60,797 nucleotides of DNA from Candidatus Woesearchaeota archaeon (GTDB lineage: Archaea; Nanobdellota; Nanobdellia; UBA10117; GCA-020343615), in the NCBI GenBank assembly GCA_020343615.1, contig CP070803.1:469709-530505 (forward strand), in the 5' to 3' direction. Positions 49,810 to 59,672 of this stretch are shown here, in pieces. Positions within the stretch are counted from its first letter, which is position 1; every line of letters begins with the position of its first letter. The translations under genes were made by a program, and so were the position numbers. Under the pieces are notes generated by a model. It saw only the letters and a list, made by a program, of their open reading frames with translations, was not told the DNA's origin and searched no databases.

Positions 49810-51336
49810 GTGAGTAAATTGGAAAAAATAAAGCAAGATATTCTAAAAGTGTTAGAAGACCATCCATCTGGATTGAGTATAAATGATATAGCAAAATACT
49901 GTAAATATCACAGAAACACGATTTCACCAAGATTAAGGTCCCTTTTGAGAAAGGGTAACATAAAAGTTAAAACTACCGGTAAGTCTAAGTTATATTATCT
50001 AAAACATCATGCTATGATAGCAGAAGGTGCTAAACACAAAGAAATCAAAAGTAAAAAGAATATATTCGTAGGCACAGGTATTTCTAAGGCTGAGGATCCT
50101 TATAAAGCAGGCAAAGAAGCAGTAGAAATGGCTATAAAGAAGGCAGGGAAAGCTCCAGATTTCGGATTAGTTTTTTTCTCCGCTGCAAAATATGGTAAAA
50201 AAGATAAAGATGTTAATGCATTGGCAAAAGGAGCAGATGATGCTTTCAAGAAAATTAACCCCAAATGCAAATGGGTTGGAGCATCTGCAAGAGCCGAAGT
50301 ATCAGATTATGGTTTTAGTGAAAATTCTGTTGTAGCAGCAGCCATATCTTCAAATTATATACGATTTGGAGTTGGTGTTGGAATAAATTCAGACAAGGAT
50401 CCGGAAGGAGCAGGAAGAAAAGCTGCAGCACAAGCAGTAAGTGATGTTCAAATGGATAAATATGTAGATCCTTATATGCAATTCTTAGCAGTAAAAAAGA
50501 AGAATGTACAAGGACTTTTGAAAATGAAGCCATACTTTATTATGACTATATTCCCAGGGCCTACAATGACCTATCTCCCAAGAGATAACGCAATTATAAA
50601 CGGTATAGAGAGAGTTACAGGCGTTCAGCCGACATTTGGTGGTGATGCAGGTGAAGATTGGTCGCTAACACAAACATATACGTTAGTAAATGGTAGAGCA
50701 TACAAAACAGGCGTTGTTGTGGTTAGCATAGTTTCTGATTTAAAGATGGGTTTTGGTGTTGCTCACGGTTACAAAAAAGACAGCGAAGTTTTAGTTGTAA
50801 CAAAAGCTAAAGGTAATATTGTTTATGAATTAAATGGAGAAGCTGCAGCACAACTCTACATTAAACGGACAGGTACAAGCATGGCACAATTAAAGAAATT
50901 TTTCCTTCCAACAATGGCAAAGGCACCAATGGGTATTACAGATATAGCAGGTAACTATTGGATAAATTGTCCATATGCTGTTGGAGATAAAGAGGGTTTA
51001 GTTTTCTTTGAGCCGGTGAAGGAAGGTACAGCTATGTGCATCATGAAAACAAATCCAGCTAGAGTTTTAAAGTCTGCAGAATCTGCAATAAAGCAATCTA
51101 CGGAGGGTATGAGAGATTTAGCTGTGCTGTTTGTATTTACATGTAGCACACGTATGTTGAGTTTAAAAGAGCAAGTACCTAAAGAAACTCAATTATTGAA
51201 GAAGGTATCAAAGAATAAGCCGTTCGTCGGTTTTTACACATACGCAGAACATGCTATGTTGCCGACAGGTTCGGTTCAAAAGCACGGTTTCACATTCGTA
51301 TGTGGTGCAATTTCAAACAAGATGATAACTGAGTGA
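49810..51336 (+). CDS. wHTH + FIST (FIST_N/FIST_C) domain regulator/sensor
   Basis: N-terminal wHTH ILKVLEDHPSGLSINDIAKYCKYHRNTISPRLRSLLRKGNI. FIST-like hallmarks PDFGLVFFSAAKY, VVAAAISS, LFVFTCSTRM and FVGFYTYAEHA. GTG start (no in-frame ATG before the HTH). Confidence 0.7.
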   Translation: MSKLEKIKQDILKVLEDHPSGLSINDIAKYCKYHRNTISPRLRSLLRKGNIKVKTTGKSKLYYLKHHAMIAEGAKHKEIKSKKNIFVGTGISKAEDPYKAGKEAVEMAIKKAGKAPDFGLVFFSAAKYGKKDKDVNALAKGADDAFKKINPKCKWVGASARAEVSDYGFSENSVVAAAISSNYIRFGVGVGINSDKDPEGAGRKAAAQAVSDVQMDKYVDPYMQFLAVKKKNVQGLLKMKPYFIMTIFPGPTMTYLPRDNAIINGIERVTGVQPTFGGDAGEDWSLTQTYTLVNGRAYKTGVVVVSIVSDLKMGFGVAHGYKKDSEVLVVTKAKGNIVYELNGEAAAQLYIKRTGTSMAQLKKFFLPTMAKAPMGITDIAGNYWINCPYAVGDKEGLVFFEPVKEGTAMCIMKTNPARVLKSAESAIKQSTEGMRDLAVLFVFTCSTRMLSLKEQVPKETQLLKKVSKNKPFVGFYTYAEHAMLPTGSVQKHGFTFVCGAISNKMITE

Positions 51337-51439
51337 CATGTAGAAATATTTATAAATATAAGATATATATGCTACTATATAGTAGTATTAGAAATAAAAG
51401 AGGACTTTGAACTCTCGTCTGATAGTCTATGAAGTAAAA

Positions 51440-52870
51440 ATGGCAAATAAAACAACAAATTATAATGGAATATGGAATGATCCGATAAAAGGTCTAAAGG
51501 ATCTGGGAACAATTCTAGAAAAAAATGAGGAACCTTTAACTAGAGCATTAACTGATTCTACTCAAGTTCCAATAAAATTCGCAAATCTAGATATAAAATA
51601 TGGCGCTTATATTCTCAATGATTTTGAAAAATATCTTAAATTCTTAGAAAAAAAAGGCTTATCCCTACAAAATAGAGCAGGAGTAGGAAAAATAGCTTCA
51701 TTAATACCTTTTAATATGCCTGCGTGGGGATTTACTAATAGTCTTTCACATGCAATTATCTTTCCAGAAAATTCAGTAACAATAAATCTTCCATCTAAGA
51801 GTCAAGCATTTAATGAGAAACTTGTTCATTTAATAGGTACAGAAGAACCATATTACCTTATAAACAGAGATAATAGTCCAATTTTTTCAAATACTTCTGG
51901 TAGAGATTTCATTAAAGATAATATTGATAAGACGGACGTTATACAAATTTACGGACATCCAGCCTACTTTCATCCTAGTGTAAAAGAAGCAGCATGGAAG
52001 TTCAACACAACTCTTATTTTAGAAGGTCCGGGGAATAATCCTGGAATAGTATGTAATGATGCTGATTTAAAAGCTGCAGCAAAAACCATGGCAGATGAAA
52101 GAACAATGAATTCTGGACAAGTTTGTATGGGTTTAGAAGAACTATTTATACATGAAGATATCTATGATACCTTCTCTAATTTATTAAAAAAAGAGCTTGA
52201 TCAAAAAGTTGTAGGTGCTGCTGAAGATCCTAATACAGATGTTGGACCAATAGGAAAAGGAATCGCAAACGCTGCAGCAAATAGTCTATATAGAGCTGTT
52301 AAAGCTGGAGCTAAAATAATATACGAAAAACCGGATTTAGGAGTCGCAGAGAAACTAAAAAATCCTAAGATAAAAGAATTTGAATTTCCAGATTATGAAG
52401 CAAGACCAGGTTTTAAAAAAGTTCCAATAATCTTACTAGAAGGAACTAATCCAAATATGCTAATTATGCAAGAAGAAAAATTCTCCCCTATACTTCCTCT
52501 TCTAAAATTCAGGTCTGATAAGGAAGTTATAAATACAATAAATAAAAATAGAAATTATTACTTAGCTACAACTATCTATGGTAAAAAAGATGCTCATAAC
52601 GACTTATATAAATTTGGTAGCAAAAATTTTGGAAATCTATTCTGGAATAGAAATATTTTTGGCTTCGAAACAGACGATTATTATGATGTTCTTAAGGATG
52701 GTACTGGAGGATATAAATTTTCTAGATACAAATTAATACCTAATAGATCAAATCCTAAATATGATCCTGAAAAACCCGATGCACGTAATTTTAATATAAA
52801 AGATGGTAAAACACATTGGGTACATGATGATTTCAGTAAGCCAGCTTACAGTAGACCAAAAAGATCCTAA
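51440..52870 (+). CDS. aldehyde dehydrogenase superfamily protein (divergent)
   Basis: LILEGPGNNPGIVCNDADL (cf. ELGGKSP.IV..DAD), catalytic-Cys region NSGQVCMGLEELFIHE, EEKFSPILPLLKF (cf. EEiFGPV). Start trimmed to ATG 51440 (MANKTT). Confidence 0.7.
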   Translation: MANKTTNYNGIWNDPIKGLKDLGTILEKNEEPLTRALTDSTQVPIKFANLDIKYGAYILNDFEKYLKFLEKKGLSLQNRAGVGKIASLIPFNMPAWGFTNSLSHAIIFPENSVTINLPSKSQAFNEKLVHLIGTEEPYYLINRDNSPIFSNTSGRDFIKDNIDKTDVIQIYGHPAYFHPSVKEAAWKFNTTLILEGPGNNPGIVCNDADLKAAAKTMADERTMNSGQVCMGLEELFIHEDIYDTFSNLLKKELDQKVVGAAEDPNTDVGPIGKGIANAAANSLYRAVKAGAKIIYEKPDLGVAEKLKNPKIKEFEFPDYEARPGFKKVPIILLEGTNPNMLIMQEEKFSPILPLLKFRSDKEVINTINKNRNYYLATTIYGKKDAHNDLYKFGSKNFGNLFWNRNIFGFETDDYYDVLKDGTGGYKFSRYKLIPNRSNPKYDPEKPDARNFNIKDGKTHWVHDDFSKPAYSRPKRS

Positions 52871-52943
52871 TGACATAATATTATCTAAGAATACTCTGAG
52901 AACTCATAAAAATTTATAAATACCTTAACTCTCTATTTTCTAT

Positions 52944-53408
52944 ATGTTAAAAGTAAAACATTATTATGTTAATATTTTGGATAGCCCAGAAATAACTCCT
53001 TTTACTATTAAATTAGAAAAAGACCTTACTGCTAGCTTAAAGCAGCAAGAAAAAGCCAGGCAAGAGCTTGATAAGTTCATAAGTATTCTAAAGAAGGAGT
53101 TTAAGGAACCTATCTGGTACATAGGTTTCGATGTTATAGGTGAAAAATTCTTTGAGAGATTTATCTTTGAAAATGGTGGGTTTCTAGAAGTTATGATGGA
53201 AGCACCTCTAGCTATTAATGCTCATTTTGTACACGAAGACAGGGCTGAAAAGTTTGCTAAAGCATTAAAGAAAACTCTAAGCAAGATCTTACCTAAGAAA
53301 CCAATAACTAAGATATTCTTAGATAACATAGAAATCGGATCAGAAGAAGCAACAGAGTTAAAGGTAGAAGAGTGGGATAAGTTAAAGAAAATTAGAGAAG
53401 AGACTTAA
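52944..53408 (+). CDS. hypothetical protein
   Basis: 154-aa ORF. No family recognised. Confidence 0.5.
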   Translation: MLKVKHYYVNILDSPEITPFTIKLEKDLTASLKQQEKARQELDKFISILKKEFKEPIWYIGFDVIGEKFFERFIFENGGFLEVMMEAPLAINAHFVHEDRAEKFAKALKKTLSKILPKKPITKIFLDNIEIGSEEATELKVEEWDKLKKIREET

Positions 53409-54109
53409 GGATATTTAAAATAATCGTGTAAATAAGAATTCTTACATCTTACAGTAAGATTAATACCAGTATTTGGACCAAAGAATACAGTAGGTTCTCC
53501 ACCAACACATCCATCATCTGCTTGATAATTATCACTTTTTCCACCAAAATTAACTTTATAACCTCCACAGTCATCAAAATTTACTCTATAAGCGAAGAAA
53601 CAGAAAGCACCTACTACATAGTATGTTCCATTAGCTATTATAGCATCAGGATCGCAGCTTCCCGGAAGACCTTTAATTTCCCAAAAGTAATATCCTGGAG
53701 TAAATCCTCCGCCATTAATGTAAACAGAGTCATTGAGACAGAATTTATTTACGTTCTTGTCTTCAGTACCACAATCCTCTCTAGTTGTCCAAACAGCAGG
53801 TCCACCAGGTCCTGCTCCAGATACATTATTTATTGAATAATTAAGGAAACAGTCTATGGAATTTCCAGCGCAAAAAGAATCTAGAAGTACGGAAAAATTA
53901 TCTAAATTCTGTTTTATAGTACTACCAAAACCATTGTATTCTATTGAGATATCTACGGTATTTTTAACCCCGTCTTTTATATTTTGAAATAAATTTATAC
54001 ATAAATCTGAATTTTGTTCTCTAGGTACTGCCTTGAAGAACCATAGAGAAGGGAGTATTATTAATGCGATTAATACTACAGCTATTATAAAGTATTGAGC
54101 CTTTTTCAT
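53405..54109 (-). CDS. pilin-like protein with class III signal peptide and Cys-rich globular domain
   Basis: N-terminus MKKAQ-YFIIAVVLIALIILPSLWFF. 10 Cys in the extracellular part. Last gene of the filament operon. Confidence 0.6.
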   Translation of the reverse strand: MKKAQYFIIAVVLIALIILPSLWFFKAVPREQNSDLCINLFQNIKDGVKNTVDISIEYNGFGSTIKQNLDNFSVLLDSFCAGNSIDCFLNYSINNVSGAGPGGPAVWTTREDCGTEDKNVNKFCLNDSVYINGGGFTPGYYFWEIKGLPGSCDPDAIIANGTYYVVGAFCFFAYRVNFDDCGGYKVNFGGKSDNYQADDGCVGGEPTVFFGPNTGINLTVRCKNSYLHDYFKYP

Positions 54110-54110
54110 T

Positions 54111-54488
54111 TTAACTTAACAATAATTGAACCTCTACCGCAGTGTAATTACCATCATCAATATACGTATATATTGATTTACATATTAATACCCTATCTTT
54201 GAGTTTTGAGCATCCGTAATTATTAATATTTTGATTATCTATTCTCAAACAGTATATTATATTATTCGGTAAAAGAGTGTCCAATTCACTTAATGATTCA
54301 GTATTATCTTGTAAAAGATCCCTTTTAGTTAAAACTTGCAAAGAATCTTCACAGTAATTATTCAGCAAGTAATCATCAGAAGAAGTATACCCTAAGTTTC
54401 CAGAGTAAATAATAGAGCTTATTACAACTATCAATACTACGCCCGCTAGGGTCGCTTCTATTATGTAAAACTGAGCTTTCTTTACCAT
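54111..54488 (-). CDS. pilin-like protein (class III signal peptide)
   Basis: MVKKAQ-FYIIEATLAGVVLIVVISSIIY. 125 aa. Confidence 0.6.
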   Translation of the reverse strand: MVKKAQFYIIEATLAGVVLIVVISSIIYSGNLGYTSSDDYLLNNYCEDSLQVLTKRDLLQDNTESLSELDTLLPNNIIYCLRIDNQNINNYGCSKLKDRVLICKSIYTYIDDGNYTAVEVQLLLS

Positions 54489-54952
54489 ATTCCCACTGTA
54501 ACAGTAGCTGTTTGATCATTTAGAACAGCATATCTTTTTACCATTGCCACATTCTGTATGTTATTAGGTAAGTTACCAATACTTACATTAATACTAGGAC
54601 TATTGACTCTGAGGAAAAATTGATAATTGTCCAAATCTAACGAATTCTTTATTTGAGAGTAATTCAATGAATATTTTGTAGCGTTGACTTTATCTATATC
54701 TAGAACCCATGGTTCTGAAGCTAAACCTAGTCTCCCTACATTATCTGGATCAGTTTCCCAATTCTCTGGTTGTCCTTTTGTTTTTATCAGCAATTCAGAA
54801 ACTCTGTTGCTTGTTTCAACAAACTTTGTTTCTTTTACATAACCACTACTTTCAGTTATGGGCCTAAAAGTGATAAAAGCAACAAAAAATACGACTATCA
54901 AGAATATAAAAAAAGCTACTATGTAATCAAACTGAACTTGTGCTTTTTTCAT
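54482..54952 (-). CDS. pilin-like protein (class III signal peptide)
   Basis: MKKAQ-VQFDYIVAFFIFLIVVFFVAFITF. 156 aa. Confidence 0.6.
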   Translation of the reverse strand: MKKAQVQFDYIVAFFIFLIVVFFVAFITFRPITESSGYVKETKFVETSNRVSELLIKTKGQPENWETDPDNVGRLGLASEPWVLDIDKVNATKYSLNYSQIKNSLDLDNYQFFLRVNSPSINVSIGNLPNNIQNVAMVKRYAVLNDQTATVTVGIW

Positions 54953-55788
54953 AGTATTATCATGTTTACTATTATTGTGAATAGGAAAAATCCTATGGAT
55001 GAAAGAGCAATTGTATGAATTATACCTCCAGCTACACTACCTTCAGAAGTCTTTCCTATTGCAAGTCCTGTAAAAATTCCCTGGATTATGATAAGGTACT
55101 GGAATATTCTGAAATATTCAGTAATACTAATATTACTTCCCATACCAATAGTAGAGAAGTCTTCTACAGATACAGCGACAACAAAAGAATTTAATATCCT
55201 TAGCAAAACAAGTAGTACTGCTACTAGTATAAGGAATATTACATACGATGTAGCTACAAAACTTTGGGATCGACTTCTCCTTTCTTTTTTCAAATCTTCC
55301 AGTATATAAACAGATTTTGCAATGGAGTTCAAAGTCTTGAATAAATTACCTCCTGCTCTCTCTGCTTCAAGTATTGAGGTTATACTCCTTTTTATTGAAG
55401 GAATATTCCATCTATCGCCAAAATTTCTAAGAGCTTGTTCAACGTTAATTCCAAGAGATATTTCATAAACCATCTTTTTTATCTCATTGGTTAGTAAACC
55501 ATAACTACCAGTAGAAGCAGATCTTATTGCTATAGGTAATGTGGCTCCAGCTTCACATTCCTGCGCAACATCTCTCAAAAATACGGGGAAATTCTTCTCA
55601 ATATCTTTTTTCTTTTTATGGAATATATAAAATGGAACTGAGACAGAAGTCATCAGTATATATAATCCCAAAGGTATTAAATATAGTTGTAAATCTGGAC
55701 TCGTGAATAAGAAAGAGTAGAAAGATATTATTAACCCTAAGACAGCTGGTCCGACTACTTTCCAATCGAATTTTACTTCTTCTACCAT
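54949..55788 (-). CDS. type IV filament platform protein, T2SS-F domain (ArlJ/TadC-like half)
   Basis: TM helices flank a cytoplasmic domain FLRDVAQECEAGATLPIAIRSAS...FGDRWNIPSIKRSITSILEAERAGGNLFKTLNSIA, typical of GspF/TadC/FlaJ repeats. Confidence 0.75.
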   Translation of the reverse strand: MVEEVKFDWKVVGPAVLGLIISFYSFLFTSPDLQLYLIPLGLYILMTSVSVPFYIFHKKKKDIEKNFPVFLRDVAQECEAGATLPIAIRSASTGSYGLLTNEIKKMVYEISLGINVEQALRNFGDRWNIPSIKRSITSILEAERAGGNLFKTLNSIAKSVYILEDLKKERRSRSQSFVATSYVIFLILVAVLLVLLRILNSFVVAVSVEDFSTIGMGSNISITEYFRIFQYLIIIQGIFTGLAIGKTSEGSVAGGIIHTIALSSIGFFLFTIIVNMIIL

Positions 55789-56675
55789 TACAATTCTGGT
55801 TGGGTTATATGTAAATAATATATATACATAGTATTAACTAAAGGTAAACCAAATAGTATCATCTCCTTAAGAATATCAACTCCTCCAATTGGTGAAAAGA
55901 AGTTCATTAAGGAGAACATACTTATGAAAAGCACTGGTGCTGCAATAAATAATCCAGTATATATAGTTGAGTACATAGTAAGTTTTTCTTGGTACTCCTT
56001 TGCTTTTAATCTGTAATCCATTTCTTTTCTATTAGCTTCTGTTTTTAGGAACAGCTCGATGTCACCGCCGTATTTTATAGTCATTACTAATGAAAGTATG
56101 AATTCTTTGAATGATTGTGATGGAGTGATACTAGCACATTTAGCCAGAGCATTCATTAATCCATAATTTCTTTCTTCCATTAAGTATACAATGTATTTTG
56201 CTTCTTCACTAACCTCTCCGAAACCCTCGGCTTTTGACAACATCTTAAATATATTTTGAGGTGGGACTCCAGACTCAGACACGCCAGCCATGTAGATTAT
56301 AGCAAAAGGTAAATTAACTTCTATATCTTGTTTTCTAGCATCCCCTTTCATTTTTGGATACTTATACATTATGAGGAAAGTTGCTAGAGCACAGATAAGA
56401 GAGATCAATATTGCGAATGAAATAGAAAAGAAAAGAGGATACCCTAAGAGACTTAAGAATAATAAAATTGCAAAAGTTAATATTACAAAAACCAAAATAG
56501 ATGTAAAGTATATTGTAGATAAATATACCTCAAAAAGAGCTTTCATCCGGGCATTCATATACTCTCCAGTAATTTTTTCATAATCTCGTATATTCTTACT
56601 TACGAATTTTAAAAAAAGTCTAGCTGAAATTTTTCTGTATAGACTAGGACTTTCTTTTTCCTTTTTTAATTTCAT
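55788..56675 (-). CDS. type IV filament platform protein, T2SS-F domain (ArlJ/TadB-like half)
   Basis: LPFAIIYMAGVSESGVPPQNIFKMLS...LMNALAKCASITPSQSFKEFILSLVMTIKYGGDIELFL with flanking TM helices. 1-nt overlap with the next gene. Confidence 0.75.
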   Translation of the reverse strand: MKLKKEKESPSLYRKISARLFLKFVSKNIRDYEKITGEYMNARMKALFEVYLSTIYFTSILVFVILTFAILLFLSLLGYPLFFSISFAILISLICALATFLIMYKYPKMKGDARKQDIEVNLPFAIIYMAGVSESGVPPQNIFKMLSKAEGFGEVSEEAKYIVYLMEERNYGLMNALAKCASITPSQSFKEFILSLVMTIKYGGDIELFLKTEANRKEMDYRLKAKEYQEKLTMYSTIYTGLFIAAPVLFISMFSLMNFFSPIGGVDILKEMILFGLPLVNTMYIYYLHITQPEL

Positions 56676-58398
56676 TTAGGAATTCCTCTCTATCTTCCCG
56701 GAATCTATTAATATGCTGAGACATTTCCTTTAAGTCCTCAATATTGTTATCAATCATCCAGCTTAATACTAGTTTTCTGTCTTCTATTTCCTCATTTGAA
56801 TCTGAAATTAGGGTTCCAGTTTTAGGCTTAAAATTCTTTAAAGGATCAACTACTCTCTTCTCAAACTTATCATTTATAATATTCCACACGTAAACTTTCT
56901 CGGTGTTTATCTTACTAAGATGGGTATCATAACCTGCGACTTCTGAAATCTCCCGGATTCTTCTAGCACTCGGACCTTCTTTCATAGCTCTTGTAAGACA
57001 TACTAGTATATCTAGATTAGATAATAACTCAGACGATACGTTTATAGGAGGTAGAGTCAAACGGTCTATAACTGATTGAATATCTGCTGCATGTATTGTT
57101 CCTAAACATGCGTGACCACTGGCCATGCCTTGGAATAGTACAGTAGCTTCTTTACCTCTCACTTCCCCAACTATTACACAATCAGGATTCTGCCTAAAGG
57201 ATTCTTTTAGAAGTTCAAACATGGTAACTTCTCCATATCTTTTACCCGTAACATCAGGAGGACCAAAACCATATTTTTCTATAGCTGGGATCCAATGTTC
57301 ATGAGGTAAATTTAGCTCCCTAGTGTCTTCAATAGAGACTATTTTGAAGTCAAGAGGTATAAATATAGATACAGCATTTAGTATTGTTGTTTTACCCGTA
57401 GCTGTTCCCCCAGCAATTAATATAGAAGCTCCATTTTCAACAGAAAGCCAAAGGTAAGCCATTAAATCCTTACTACATGTGCCATTTTTTATTAGATCTA
57501 GGGGCGTCAGAGGTATTTCTTTGAATTTCCTTATAGTAAATGTAGAACCTCTAGTTGTGATTTCTTTTTCAAAAGTGGCATTAACTCTACTTCCATCGGG
57601 AAGCTTTCCGTCCATATACGGTCTTGCATAAGAAATATACCTACCACATCTTTGTGAAAGGTTTACTACAAAGTTATTGAGAACTTCAGCATCCTCAAAT
57701 ATAATATTGGTTCTTAGAGGTCCGTATTTTCTATGTAGAATATATATAGGAACATCTGTACCATCGCATGATATATCTTCGATATATGGATCATGCATTA
57801 TTGGTTCTAATCTTTCTAACCCTACAAAATCTCTGTATAAGTAATATAAGAGATAGTTATATTCTTTTGAGTCAATGTCATAATTCAACTCGTCCAATAT
57901 TGCAGAAGCTCTTTCAAATATATAGTTCTTTGCATCTTTAACTTCTTTTCTACTTAAGTCAATATCTACTGTATCAATTAGCTTGTTTTTTAACATATAA
58001 AGATGTGCTTCTTGTTCTTTATTCAATTTAGGCTCTATTACTTCATATGTTAATTCTTCAATTTCAGGATCAAAATGAATATGAGCTTTAGCCATCGGTA
58101 GAATCAGAGGATATATCCAAGAGAATTTCTCCATGTCTTTTCCAATTTCAGGAGGTTTTTGAATTGCAGGTTTAAGATTTAATGAAGGGTACTTGTAGTG
58201 CTTTTTTTCTTTTTTAAAAAGTGATCCTAGAACCCTTTCTACATTTATAGCTAAAGAAAAACCTTTTTTTGCCTTTTCCCCCTTTTCCTTAGGCTCCTTC
58301 TTATGTTCTTTCTTTCTTTTCCTAAATTTAGGTTCTTTTTTAATTATCGAAAAGTATAATTCTTCAATATCATCTTCTCTTTTACTATCTTTAAACAT
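56644..58398 (-). CDS. type IV filament assembly ATPase (ArlI/FlaI-PilB-VirB11 superfamily)
   Basis: Walker A GGTATGKTT, Walker B/Asp box PDCVIVGEVRGKEA, His box GHACLGTIHA, plus an N-terminal K/E-rich extension. Confidence 0.9.
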   Translation of the reverse strand: MFKDSKREDDIEELYFSIIKKEPKFRKRKKEHKKEPKEKGEKAKKGFSLAINVERVLGSLFKKEKKHYKYPSLNLKPAIQKPPEIGKDMEKFSWIYPLILPMAKAHIHFDPEIEELTYEVIEPKLNKEQEAHLYMLKNKLIDTVDIDLSRKEVKDAKNYIFERASAILDELNYDIDSKEYNYLLYYLYRDFVGLERLEPIMHDPYIEDISCDGTDVPIYILHRKYGPLRTNIIFEDAEVLNNFVVNLSQRCGRYISYARPYMDGKLPDGSRVNATFEKEITTRGSTFTIRKFKEIPLTPLDLIKNGTCSKDLMAYLWLSVENGASILIAGGTATGKTTILNAVSIFIPLDFKIVSIEDTRELNLPHEHWIPAIEKYGFGPPDVTGKRYGEVTMFELLKESFRQNPDCVIVGEVRGKEATVLFQGMASGHACLGTIHAADIQSVIDRLTLPPINVSSELLSNLDILVCLTRAMKEGPSARRIREISEVAGYDTHLSKINTEKVYVWNIINDKFEKRVVDPLKNFKPKTGTLISDSNEEIEDRKLVLSWMIDNNIEDLKEMSQHINRFREDREEFLNEIKKGKRKS

Positions 58399-58399
58399 T

Positions 58400-58864
58400 T
58401 TAACTTATTTGGATTCTTTTATCAGTCTGGTTTCTATAGTAGGCTATAGTTATTATATTTCTACCTACAGCTGTTCCTTCAACTTCTATATTAATTAGGT
58501 TATGCATGTTTATTTCTTTTTTCTCGTTCTGATGAGTGATAACAATCTTATCAGAAGTGGCTTTCACTACATATTTAACATACTCTTCAGGAATAATTAT
58601 ATCCATACTGTATAACAACTTAGATTCAGTTCCATTGTAACTCATACTCTCACCAGTAGTGTAAACTTTGACTATAGAAGATGTTATTTTCTCTCCTAGA
58701 ATATTAAGCTGATTATCTTGTGAAAATAACTCGTTTTTGTCTTTAATCTCATTGAATATAATAAATATAGCGCTTATAAGTGCCACACTTAAACCAGCAA
58801 TTACAACAATAAGTAGGAATTGCGATTGAGCTCTTCTAAACTTTTCTAACTTCAATTTTTCCAC
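58400..58864 (-). CDS. pilin-like / ArlF-G-like membrane-anchored protein
   Basis: EKFRRAQ-SQFLLIVVIAGLSVALISAIFIIF N-terminus. 154 aa. Confidence 0.5.
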   Translation of the reverse strand: MEKLKLEKFRRAQSQFLLIVVIAGLSVALISAIFIIFNEIKDKNELFSQDNQLNILGEKITSSIVKVYTTGESMSYNGTESKLLYSMDIIIPEEYVKYVVKATSDKIVITHQNEKKEINMHNLINIEVEGTAVGRNIITIAYYRNQTDKRIQIS

Positions 58865-59672
58865 CTTTATTCGTCAAAACTAAAGAACATTGTTCCCTAC
58901 AATGAGCAGAGCCTATTATGTCTAACTCATCAAAATGTTCTATATTATCACAAGATCCAGTATATACTGGATTCTTATACTTTAGATAGATTGTATAATC
59001 AGTAAGCGAAGCACCTGACCCACAGATATGATATATATTATCTTCTTTTTTTGCAGTTGGGGTAAAGATAGCATCCATCTCGTTCCCTTTTTCCTTAACA
59101 TGCGAGAAGAAAATACCGAATTTATTATCTTCTGTTATAATCATATCATCAAATGTGTATCTCTCAAAACAAGAAGAGTTTTGTAAAGAAGCTATATACA
59201 AGTCATCGTACTCCCACCTATTTTCAGTATCTGCTACTATAATATGCCTAGTATCATTATCAAGCGTGTGATTTTCTTTGAATATTTCACCAGACAAGGA
59301 TGTCACTCCAGAAGGTACAGATGTCGATTTATTCAATGTTAGATTAAGCATAGTCACTTCATCACATAGTCTATCACCTATTTCTAAAGTATATCTAAAG
59401 AGATCTTCGTTTTCATCTACAATTAGAGAACCTCTTTTTATCTGAAAATTTATTTTGCGAGAAGAAAGGTTTCCCTCCATAGATACTACATCAACTTTAG
59501 ATTTAAGTTCAGGAAATTTTGACGTGATGTCGCGTAGTTCTATAGTATCTTTATTTGTCTCCATAATGGGTACTCCCCACCTGTAAGCAAATAATACTGA
59601 AACTAGAATTATCCCGATTATTATTACTAGAGATAATATAACTGATACGCCTTTCTTATTTTTTTTATTCAT
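58836..59672 (-). CDS. pilin-like protein with archaeal type IV pilin N-terminus
   Basis: MNKKNKKG-VSVILSLVIIIGIILVSVLFAY (KG/VS class III signal as in archaeal pilin_N). 6 Cys in the globular part. Confidence 0.6.
   Translation of the reverse strand: MNKKNKKGVSVILSLVIIIGIILVSVLFAYRWGVPIMETNKDTIELRDITSKFPELKSKVDVVSMEGNLSSRKINFQIKRGSLIVDENEDLFRYTLEIGDRLCDEVTMLNLTLNKSTSVPSGVTSLSGEIFKENHTLDNDTRHIIVADTENRWEYDDLYIASLQNSSCFERYTFDDMIITEDNKFGIFFSHVKEKGNEMDAIFTPTAKKEDNIYHICGSGASLTDYTIYLKYKNPVYTGSCDNIEHFDELDIIGSAHCREQCSLVLTNKGGKIEVRKV

Noticed and set aside
53522-56583. Plus-strand ORFs 53522-53836, 54770-55018, 55088-55309 and 56371-56583
   Set aside because: They are antisense to the filament-locus genes, which have class III signals or T2SS-F domains.
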